Origin: an uncultured bacterium
Lineage (GTDB): Bacteria; Schekmanbacteria; GWA2-38-11; J061
DNA length: 16,724 bases
Direction of reading: 5' to 3'
Assembly (NCBI GenBank): GCA_964549305.1
Contig: CAZJVM010000055.1
Coordinates: forward strand, 1 to 16,724
The translations under genes and the position numbers were made by a program. The notes under the pieces were generated by a model. The model saw nothing but the letters and a program-made list of their open reading frames with translations, made no database searches and had not been told where the DNA came from. Numbering within the stretch: position 1 is the stretch's first letter; each line of letters begins with the position of its first letter. Shown here piece by piece: positions 6,506-14,134 of this stretch.

Positions 6506-8068
6506 CTAAATATGAAACCAGGGAGTTACCCATATATATTTAATATTAAAAACAATCCTGAGAAATATTTTTATTGGCAGAGCCATCATGGTTAAGAAGA
6601 GGAATGCCACAACAGCATATCTTATAACTCCCATTTTCCGTATAGTTTCACTCTTGCGCTTTAGAAAGTAGACTATTGCACCCAGAGAATAATACCCGAA
6701 AAATACCGCCGCCCCGAATATGGAAGCCGTAACAGAATTTCTGATGCCGAAAGCATGAGAAAGATTAATGTTGGTAAGAGCCACTGTCTTATGAGGGTCC
6801 CATTCCTGCCATGGCCAGAAGAAATACCAGCCCGGTCCTCTCAAGAAAACACCGGTTATAATGAGCCCGAACCAGAGTATAAAAAAACCGAAAAAGAAAT
6901 TTAAAATAGCGAACTTTCTCTCTTTAAACGTAAAATATCCGTTCCCTTTTGGATTGACATCAACATAAGGAATAACCATTAACCCGATGATTATCAGTCC
7001 GGGAAAAACTACGCCTGCAATCCAGGGATCGAAATATCCAAGCATTTCCTGAATCCCAACAAAATACCAGGGAGCTTTGGCAGGGTTGGGCGTTTTTGTG
7101 GGATTTGCCGCTTCGTCAAGGGGCGCATTAACCGTTATAGACCAAATGATTAAAATAATCATAACAGCAAGCACGGCAAGGAATTCCATCCTTACGAGAT
7201 TGGGCCAGACATGAACTTTTTCTATCTGCCTGATTTTCTTTTTTTGGGATTGTTCCTCTTCTGATGATATCTGTTTATCAGATGAAGCATCGAGCTGGGG
7301 TGTTGATATTCCTCCGTCTTTTCTTATCCTCCAGAAATGAAGCGCCATAAACAGAGAAGCTATAATAGGAATGAAGATGCAATGAAACACATAAAATCTT
7401 AACAATGACTGAGGCCCGACAGCGCTCCCGCCTAAAAGAAATGCCCGTTCATCGTAACGCGCTGTCATGCCAAGCTCAGGTCCAAAAAAACCCTCATGGC
7501 CGAAAAATGGAGTTGCCTTTGCTATATTTGTCCCCACGGTCACAGCCCACATTGAAAGTTGATCCCACGGGAGAAGATATCCGGTAAAGCTTAAAAGAAG
7601 TGTCAACACCAACAGCACGACCCCGACTACCCAGTTGAATTCCCTTGGCGACTTATATGAACCTGTCATAAAAACTCTGAACATATGAAACCAGACACAT
7701 ATTACCATTCCGTGGGCAGCCCATCTGTGCATATTTCTCATTAAAGGGCCGAATGGAACATCAAACATAAGGTATTTCATATCTGCGTAAGCATATTCCC
7801 CCGTAGGCCTGTAATAGAACATTAACACGACTCCTGTTACAACAGTGACGAGGAACAAGAGAAAAGTAATTCCTCCCATACCCCACGTATAGCTCAGTTT
7901 AACTGCGTGTTTTGAAACTTTTGAAGGATGCAGATGAAGAAAAACATTGCTTGTTATCTGAAGAATACGGTTCTTCGGAGTGTCAGTGTAATCATGGCGA
8001 AAAACCGACCTCCATATCTGTGAAGTGACTATTGAGTCTCTGAGCCTTTTAAAAAATGAGTTCCGCAT
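6506..8068 (-). CDS. qcrB: Cytochrome b subunit of a bc/b6f-type complex (cytochrome b6 domain fused to a subunit IV-like domain)
   Basis: TGVVLMFYYRP, RNMHRWAAH, FHMFRVFMTGSYKSPREFNWVVG, SFTGYLLPWDQ, LRFYVFHC...LHFWRIRKDGGISTP. After a charged linker: VWPNLV...APLDEAANP...PAKAPWYF...IPYVD. Confidence 0.95.
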   Translation of the reverse strand: MRNSFFKRLRDSIVTSQIWRSVFRHDYTDTPKNRILQITSNVFLHLHPSKVSKHAVKLSYTWGMGGITFLLFLVTVVTGVVLMFYYRPTGEYAYADMKYLMFDVPFGPLMRNMHRWAAHGMVICVWFHMFRVFMTGSYKSPREFNWVVGVVLLVLTLLLSFTGYLLPWDQLSMWAVTVGTNIAKATPFFGHEGFFGPELGMTARYDERAFLLGGSAVGPQSLLRFYVFHCIFIPIIASLFMALHFWRIRKDGGISTPQLDASSDKQISSEEEQSQKKKIRQIEKVHVWPNLVRMEFLAVLAVMIILIIWSITVNAPLDEAANPTKTPNPAKAPWYFVGIQEMLGYFDPWIAGVVFPGLIIIGLMVIPYVDVNPKGNGYFTFKERKFAILNFFFGFFILWFGLIITGVFLRGPGWYFFWPWQEWDPHKTVALTNINLSHAFGIRNSVTASIFGAAVFFGYYSLGAIVYFLKRKSETIRKMGVIRYAVVAFLFLTMMALPIKIFLRIVFNIKYIWVTPWFHI

Positions 8069-8082
8069 ATCCCTGATGTTTC

Positions 8083-8616
8083 CTATACTTTTAAAAAAGC
8101 GCCATTCTTATCCCATTCATCTTTTTCAAACAAAAATTTAATATTCTTGTCTATAAGCAAATTTCCGTCTTCCGAGAGAATAACTTTTACCCTTTCCAAT
8201 GCACGGGGCGCAGGACCTTCGAAATTTATTCCGCTTTTGTAAAATCCGCTTCCGTGGCAGGGGCATTTAAATTTATTCTCAAGCGGAAGCCATCTTGGGG
8301 TGCAGCCCAGATGCGTACATTTTGCAAATAAAGCATAAATTCCTTCTTCTGTTCTTACAATCCAGACCCGTTGAGATTTTATAAATTTTTCACTAACCGT
8401 GCCTGTGGGATATTCATCAGGTAAGCCGGCTTTAAAAGAATATTTGGATTTAAATAAAACCCTTGGAAACATGAACCTCACAAAAGCCGCAAAGGAAGAG
8501 AAGAAAACGGAAAGTACCAGCACCCATCCTGAGAGCGAAAGAAAATCTTTTCTAGTCCACAGATTGTTGATTTGTCCTGTTTTTGCCGGAGATTCGCTAT
8601 TCTCGAACGAAGACAT
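8083..8616 (-). CDS. qcrA: Rieske [2Fe-2S] subunit of a bc/b6f-type complex
   Basis: CTHLGC and CPCHGSGF boxes, GPAPRAL, and a Tat-like TRKDFL followed by a TM helix. GGGAG RBS. Ends 14 bp before the cytochrome b start. Confidence 0.96.
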   Translation of the reverse strand: MSSFENSESPAKTGQINNLWTRKDFLSLSGWVLVLSVFFSSFAAFVRFMFPRVLFKSKYSFKAGLPDEYPTGTVSEKFIKSQRVWIVRTEEGIYALFAKCTHLGCTPRWLPLENKFKCPCHGSGFYKSGINFEGPAPRALERVKVILSEDGNLLIDKNIKFLFEKDEWDKNGAFLKV

Positions 8617-8737
8617 GATTACAACTCCCTGTAATAGATGATGCCGGTTAAAGCGCCATTTCGAACAGGCATTTCAATAAAACATTATCAGGAACGTTGA
8701 CGACGAAATGCTGAGCGTTGCTCATTCCATTTATTTA

Positions 8738-8746
8738 AGTATAACA
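8738..8746 (-). promoter_or_regulatory. Putative extended -10 promoter of the Rieske/cyt b/cyt c operon
   Basis: Minus strand reads TG-T-TATACT, about 120 bp upstream of the Rieske ATG. The -35 is weak (CTGAAG at 17-bp spacing). Confidence 0.45.
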
Positions 8747-8820
8747 GAACAATCTCTTTCCTTCAGGTAATTATATTTCTCCGCGGTAAAAATATGGAAG
8801 TATAAAGTTGTTAAAAAAAA

Positions 8821-9567
8821 TTACATAATTTTTCCGTCAACGGAAATTATTGTTTTTTCAATGGGGATATTTTTGCCTGAATGGGCTACCGCATCATTTA
8901 CAATCTGCTCCATTCCGAAACAGCAGGGCACTTCCATATGCGCGATAGATACTTTTTTAACATTATTCTTTTTAAAAATCTCCGTAAGCTTTTCCCTGTA
9001 AAACTGCGCATCATCGAGCTTGGGACAACCGATTAAAAGAATCTTGTCCTTTAGAAATTTTCCGTGAAATCCGGCGTATGCAAAAGGCACGCAGTCCGCG
9101 GCAATAAGTATGTGGGCATTGTTAAAGTAGGGCGCCTGCGGTGCGGCAAGGCAAATCTGCACGGGCCAGTTTTTAAGCTGAGATGTCTCATTTGTTTCCG
9201 ATGACGTAGAATCATCATTTGAATCCCTGTTGATTTGTCTTGAAAGCGCCGAAGGACATCCGCCGTGGGAATGGTCATGGCTTTTGCTTGTGCTTTCTTT
9301 CTTCCGGGGAGTAAATTTTCTTCCCATACTCTCGAGATGGGTTTTTACAGCTTCTTCATTATAATCTTCGGAAACTTCCTCTTCTTCCACTCTGATGGCA
9401 TCAAATGAACAACTGCCAAGACAGTCTCCGATGCCGTCACAAAATTTTTCCGCGACAAGTTTCGCCTTGCCATTAATAATTTGAAGCGCTCCTTCGTGGC
9501 ATTTCGGAATGCAATCACCGCATCCGGTACACTTTTCTTCATCGATTATTACTATTTTTCTTTTCAT
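8821..9567 (-). CDS. Ferredoxin-domain iron-sulfur protein (FrdX-like, the type usually associated with hcp)
   Basis: N-terminal CTGCGDCIPKCHEGA and CDGIGDCLGSC motifs, a His-rich linker ending in GGCPS, and C-terminal SQLKNWPVQ, AADC, IGCPKLDD and MEVPCC. GAGGA RBS. Confidence 0.88.
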   Translation of the reverse strand: MKRKIVIIDEEKCTGCGDCIPKCHEGALQIINGKAKLVAEKFCDGIGDCLGSCSFDAIRVEEEEVSEDYNEEAVKTHLESMGRKFTPRKKESTSKSHDHSHGGCPSALSRQINRDSNDDSTSSETNETSQLKNWPVQICLAAPQAPYFNNAHILIAADCVPFAYAGFHGKFLKDKILLIGCPKLDDAQFYREKLTEIFKKNNVKKVSIAHMEVPCCFGMEQIVNDAVAHSGKNIPIEKTIISVDGKIM

Positions 9568-9643
9568 TTTCTTATCCTCGCAAAACTGAATTTAAAATAT
9601 TTTCCTTGTATTAAAAAACATAGGATAAAAGAGGGGAAGTCCC

Positions 9644-9659
9644 TATGACTTATGTCATA
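9644..9659. promoter_or_regulatory. Crp/Fnr-family (HcpR-like) operator
   Basis: Perfect dyad TATGAC-TTAT-GTCATA with N4 spacing like the Fnr/HcpR TTGAY-N4-RTCAA box. Minus-strand TATGTT at 9622-9617 would put its centre at about -41.5. Confidence 0.65.
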
Positions 9660-9705
9660 AGCATATTGAAAAAACAAATAAGCCTATATTTATCAATGAT
9701 TTTAA

Positions 9706-9734
9706 TTGACTTAAATTTTATCTGAGCTTAGAAA
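9706..9734 (+). promoter_or_regulatory. Putative sigma70 promoter for the methyltransferase gene
   Basis: TTGACT 9706-9711, 17-bp spacer, TAGAAA 9729-9734, then 6 nt to the ATG at 9741. Confidence 0.35.
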
Positions 9735-9740
9735 ATAAAT

Positions 9741-10793
9741 ATGAAATCCAATAAATCTTCTTCCCAAAAATCCGTTCAATCGGATGCAATTATTAAGATT
9801 GCAACAGGTTTTCATCTTTCCAAAATCCTTTTTGCCGGCGTTGAGTTTGATATTTTTACAAAGCTTGGGAAGAAAAAACTGAGCGCAAAAGATGTGGCAA
9901 AAAAATGCCGTCTTCCTATAAGGTCAACAACACGGCTTTTAAACGGTGCTGTTGCCGTAGGATTGCTCCAATTCAAAAATGAAAAATATTTTAACACTCC
10001 TGTTGCAGAAAAATTTCTTGTCTGCGGAAAGCCGGAATATCTCGGCGACCTTATGAAAGCATATAACTATATGCTTTATGATAAATGGGGAAACCTGGAA
10101 GAAGTGATAAAAAAAGACAAGTTTCAGCCCGTCTTCGGTCCGGGGAAAGACACAATAGGGAATATCTCAAAAAATTCAAAAATCGCACAGGCAGCAATGA
10201 TGGCACAGCATAGCTACAGCGTAAAACCTGCAGAAGAACTTGCTGCAAAATTTGATTTTTCAAAATACAATACGCTCCTCGACCTTGGCGGGGGTTCAGG
10301 AATACTCTCCGTGATGGCGGTAAAAAAATATCCCCATCTTAAAGCAATGGTTTTTGATTTTCCTCCTGTCTGCAAAATAACCAGAAAGGTTGTTTCAAAA
10401 TACAAGGCAGGAAATAAAGTTAAAATACACGAGGGCAATGTTCTGCAGGATACTTTTCCGAAGGGTGCTGACATCATACTTATCTCCGGTGTACTTGACG
10501 GATACAATGAAAGCAACTGCCGTAAAATGATTAAGAAAGCCTACGATTATCTTCCGAATGGCGGAGGAATAATATTAAAAGAATCCATTGTAAAAGATGA
10601 CAGAACAGGGCCTCTCTTTCCCGTGCTTTTCTCGCTCGCTCTGATGATTGAAACTGAAGGCGGAGATTCGCGTTCAAGAGGTGAAATGTCGCAATGGCTG
10701 AAAGAAACCGGTTTTAAGAAAATAAGATACAAAGCACTGACCGGAATAAGCGGAACTTTCAGAAATCTCGGATTTGTAACGGCAGTTAAATAA
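9741..10793 (+). CDS. SAM-dependent methyltransferase family 2 (O-methyltransferase-like) with N-terminal dimerisation domain
   Basis: N-terminal wHTH-like dimerisation region (SKILFAGVEFDIFTKL...RLLNGAVAVGLL), SAM motif LLDLGGGSG, VFDFPPV, GNVLQDTFP, AYDYLPNGG, and WLKETGF. Confidence 0.9.
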   Translation: MKSNKSSSQKSVQSDAIIKIATGFHLSKILFAGVEFDIFTKLGKKKLSAKDVAKKCRLPIRSTTRLLNGAVAVGLLQFKNEKYFNTPVAEKFLVCGKPEYLGDLMKAYNYMLYDKWGNLEEVIKKDKFQPVFGPGKDTIGNISKNSKIAQAAMMAQHSYSVKPAEELAAKFDFSKYNTLLDLGGGSGILSVMAVKKYPHLKAMVFDFPPVCKITRKVVSKYKAGNKVKIHEGNVLQDTFPKGADIILISGVLDGYNESNCRKMIKKAYDYLPNGGGIILKESIVKDDRTGPLFPVLFSLALMIETEGGDSRSRGEMSQWLKETGFKKIRYKALTGISGTFRNLGFVTAVK

Positions 10794-11967
10794 TCTCTCT
10801 TTGCTTCCTGATTTGACCCTGATTTATACTCTTCTTTTCTTTTACAAAAAACAAAACAACAGAAGCACCCAGTGAAGTAAAAAATGCGAATATGAACGGA
10901 TATATTCTTCCTCCTGTCTGCCATAAGATGCCTGCTGCAAATGAAGCTGGAAAACTCAGAAGTCCTATTGCCATCTGAAGCACGCCAAGAGCCGTGCCCC
11001 GAAGTTTTTCAGGAGAGATATTTGAAGCAAGCGCTTTTACGGAAGGCTCGAAAGCTGCAATGTGAAGCCCGTATGATACAAAGAGAAAGATAATAAATAA
11101 CTTACGGCTTCCGGCTACTGCAAAACCAAAACACGTTAACATAAAAAGCAGATACGAAATTATCAGTGTAGCTTTCTTTCCAATCCTGTCTGAAATCCTT
11201 CCCATAGGCAAAGACATTACCGAGGCAATAAATGTAAAGACAAGATATAAAAGAGGGACAGATGATGTTTTAAAGTTTTCGTTCCGCGCCGCTATTATCA
11301 GGAAGGAATAGCTGAAATTCCCGAGAGCAAAAATGCAGTTAGCCAATAAAAAAATATAGAAATTTCTATCAAAATTCCTTAGGGAAAGATTCCTTTTTAG
11401 CTCTCCCTTTTTTTGTTCCTTAATGAAAGTTAAAATAAGTAAAACAGAAAAAAGCGAAGGAATCGCTGCAAGTAAAAAAAGTGTTCTGTATCCGAGTATT
11501 CCTATGAGAAAGACTCCGGTAATTATTCCAAGAAGCGCTCCCGCGTGGTCCATAGCGCGCAAAAATCCGAAGTTTCTTCCCATATCGCTGCTCGATGACA
11601 AATCAGCTACCATTGCATCCCGTGGCGCGCCTCTTATTTTGCCGGTTCGGTCCAATGCTTTGAAGGGAATCAGCCATATCCACGATGTTGAAGCGGCGTA
11701 TCCGACTCGTGAAAAAGACCCCATGAGATATCCAATCCAGATAAAAATCTTTCTTCTTTGAAGTCTGTCTGAAAGATAACCTGAAAATCCCTGAGACAGC
11801 GATACAAGAGCATTTCCCAAACCGTCCAAAAATCCGAGGGCAATCATTGAAGCGCCCATTACTTCCGTGACATAGAGAGGCCAAAGGGGATAAATGATGT
11901 CGGAACCGAAATCATTCAAAAATGAAGCAATGGCAAAAATCAATATGGCGCGCTTTTTTGAAAACAT
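10786..11967 (-). CDS. MFS transporter
   Basis: About 12 hydrophobic segments, MFS motif A copies GYLSDRLQRRK and GRISDRIGKK, and DRTGKIRGAPRDAMVAD. The 3' end overlaps the convergent methyltransferase by 8 bp. Confidence 0.93.
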   Translation of the reverse strand: MFSKKRAILIFAIASFLNDFGSDIIYPLWPLYVTEVMGASMIALGFLDGLGNALVSLSQGFSGYLSDRLQRRKIFIWIGYLMGSFSRVGYAASTSWIWLIPFKALDRTGKIRGAPRDAMVADLSSSSDMGRNFGFLRAMDHAGALLGIITGVFLIGILGYRTLFLLAAIPSLFSVLLILTFIKEQKKGELKRNLSLRNFDRNFYIFLLANCIFALGNFSYSFLIIAARNENFKTSSVPLLYLVFTFIASVMSLPMGRISDRIGKKATLIISYLLFMLTCFGFAVAGSRKLFIIFLFVSYGLHIAAFEPSVKALASNISPEKLRGTALGVLQMAIGLLSFPASFAAGILWQTGGRIYPFIFAFFTSLGASVVLFFVKEKKSINQGQIRKQREII

Positions 11968-12108
11968 AAATCAAATCATTTAGGTTTATGTATTTTACCA
12001 TATTATACCTTTTAAAAGGTACAGTTTTAAGAGAGTTTTACAAATTCAGATTATTTGCCTGACAGCAGGGGGGAGAGTCGATTTTTTAAAATATATTTAT
12101 TCCTTTAA

Positions 12109-12236
12109 TATCAAACAATTATTATTAATAGTATGAAAAGTGTCGAATAATTGAACACTTATATTATTTTTTGAAAACTACAGATAGGTTAAAACAGACG
12201 TGATATTGAAATATATTTCAATATATCAGTATGTTA
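12109..12236. promoter_or_regulatory. Upstream regulatory region of the PEP-CTERM gene: two IHF consensus sites flanking an enhancer-like dyad
   Basis: TATCAA-ACAA-TTA 12109-12121 and TATCAG-TATG-TTA 12224-12236 match WATCARNNNNTTR. Dyad AAGTGT-N11-ACACTT at 12138-12160. Perfect 22-bp palindrome at 12203-12224. Confidence 0.5.
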
Positions 12237-12377
12237 ATTCTTACATTAATTTTAATTGGCGATAATGACACGATTTTGCTTAAAATTTCTTTCAAACCAG
12301 GAAAAAAAATGAAAAAAAGTGTTGAATTTTTGCCGATAATCAATAAATTAATTAGATAATATTCAGGGAAGATTAAA

Positions 12378-13124
12378 ATGAAAAAATTTAAGAAATTTCT
12401 TTTAGTGATATTTACTGCCGCATTGGTTTTTTGTTTAGCTCATTCAAATGCAAATGCTGTTTCCATATCACATCTTTCTTCGGATATTGACCTTAACAAT
12501 ACGCTTAACAGCAAAGCCTTTGTTGCAGAGGGCAGAATAGGCGACCTTGGAGGGCACGCGACGTTCGAACTTGACCTTGGCGCGGACACTTCGGCACCTT
12601 TTACATCGGCAAACTATGCATGGCCCAACTCAATTGCTGTTTCCTTTCTCGTTGAATATACTGCGGCAACAGGGGATGTGATTTTTAGCGTTCCGGGAGA
12701 CGGTTCAGGGCAAACGCTTTCATATGCGAGCACTCCCCCTGCACCGATTAATTCTATTTTTATCAGAACAAGAGCAGTAAATTCAGGTTCGTCGATTTCA
12801 GTTGATAATCTTACTCTCACCGATTTTAACGGAAATAATATGGGAGTGGGAAGTGCGTCCTCTCAGACATCAGGAGATACGGGAGGTCTTGACATTCTAC
12901 AGATAAGTTCCTTGTTGCTTGATTATGACTGGACTATGTCAGGAACATCGACAATGTCGTGGATAGGAAGCGCGCCGAAAAATTCACGTCTTGCCTATCA
13001 GATTAAAGTTGGTAATGCCACATTGACGGGCGGTGAATCATTTCCCATACCTGAACCGTCATCATTCATTCTTCTTGGGATAGGATGTGCGGGGTTTCTG
13101 TTTTTAAAAAAGAAAACCTCCTGA
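12378..13124 (+). CDS. PEP-CTERM sorting domain surface protein
   Basis: Sec signal peptide (MKKFKK...SNANA), Ser/Thr/Gly-rich beta-type body, and a C-terminal IPEPSS motif, TM helix and basic tail KKK. Confidence 0.93.
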   Translation: MKKFKKFLLVIFTAALVFCLAHSNANAVSISHLSSDIDLNNTLNSKAFVAEGRIGDLGGHATFELDLGADTSAPFTSANYAWPNSIAVSFLVEYTAATGDVIFSVPGDGSGQTLSYASTPPAPINSIFIRTRAVNSGSSISVDNLTLTDFNGNNMGVGSASSQTSGDTGGLDILQISSLLLDYDWTMSGTSTMSWIGSAPKNSRLAYQIKVGNATLTGGESFPIPEPSSFILLGIGCAGFLFLKKKTS

Positions 13125-13162
13125 ACACCTTCCTTCCGTAATATTCCGTTAAAATGAAAGTA

Positions 13163-14128
13163 TCAGATAAGATTAGGTAAATCTTTTGCAAAGTAGGATA
13201 TTATTATATCAGCGCCCGCCCGTTTTATTGAAGTAAGGCTTTCGATTATGCAGGATTTTTCATCGATATATCCAGATTTGGCAGCGGATTTAATCATCGA
13301 GTATTCACCGCTTACCTGATATGCCGCAACAGGTATGTCAAAGCTGTCTCTTGCAGACTTTATAATATCAAGCGAAGGAAGTGCCGGTTTCACCATTACA
13401 ATGTCTGCACCTTCTTCAATATCTTCTTTCATCGCGCGGATTGCCTCCCGTGAATTCGCAAAATTCATCTGATGGGTTTTTCTGTCACCGAATGATGGCG
13501 CGGATTGTGCCGCGTCACGGAAAGGTCCGTAAAAGGAAGAAGCATATTTTACCGAATAGGACATTATTGGGATATGACTGAAACCTCCACCATCGAGTTT
13601 TTCCCTGATTGCCTTTACTCTGCCGTCCATCATATCCGAGGGCGCAATTAAATCTGCTCCTGCTTTTGCATGGGACAAGGCGGTTTCAGAAAGCAGGTCA
13701 ACAGTTTCATCATTAAGTATTTTCCCTTCTTTTACAACTCCGCAGTGTCCGTGATTTGTATATTCGCAAAGGCAAACATCGGTTACAAGTAAGATATCGT
13801 CGTGTTTTTTGCGAATCTTTTCGATGCAACGTTGAATCACTCCATCGGGCGCGTATGCCTGCGACGCTTTTTCATCCTTTATTTCAGGTATTCCAAAAAA
13901 AAGAAAAGCTCTTATCCCTGAATCTTTAAGCTTTTTTATCTCGCGCAAAACAATGTCATCGGAAAGTCTGAATATGCCGGGCATTGAATCTATGGATTCC
14001 TTCCTTTTCTTTCCTTCCACAACAAAAAAAGGGTATATAAAATCGTCAGGAGACAATCGTGTTTCGGAAATCATTTTTCTCAACAGGGGATTCCCCCTCA
14101 GTCGCCTCATCCTTGTTGTGGGAAACAT
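13163..14128 (-). CDS. hemB: Porphobilinogen synthase (delta-aminolevulinate dehydratase), Zn-type
   Basis: RMRRLR, DVCLCEYTNHGHCG, APSDMMDGRV, YSVKYASSFYGPFRDAA, MVKPA, YQVSGEY. Confidence 0.99.
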   Translation of the reverse strand: MFPTTRMRRLRGNPLLRKMISETRLSPDDFIYPFFVVEGKKRKESIDSMPGIFRLSDDIVLREIKKLKDSGIRAFLFFGIPEIKDEKASQAYAPDGVIQRCIEKIRKKHDDILLVTDVCLCEYTNHGHCGVVKEGKILNDETVDLLSETALSHAKAGADLIAPSDMMDGRVKAIREKLDGGGFSHIPIMSYSVKYASSFYGPFRDAAQSAPSFGDRKTHQMNFANSREAIRAMKEDIEEGADIVMVKPALPSLDIIKSARDSFDIPVAAYQVSGEYSMIKSAAKSGYIDEKSCIIESLTSIKRAGADIIISYFAKDLPNLI

Positions 14129-14134
14129 ATACGC

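Noticed and set aside
8648-8725. 25-codon minus-strand uORF (MSNAQHFVVNVPDNVLLKCLFEMAL) in the bc operon leader
   Set aside because: No convincing RBS or leader-peptide signature; length is compatible with chance.
10786-10793. 8-bp overlap of convergent methyltransferase and MFS 3' ends as a functional link
   Set aside because: Short convergent overlaps are common and do not imply a shared pathway.
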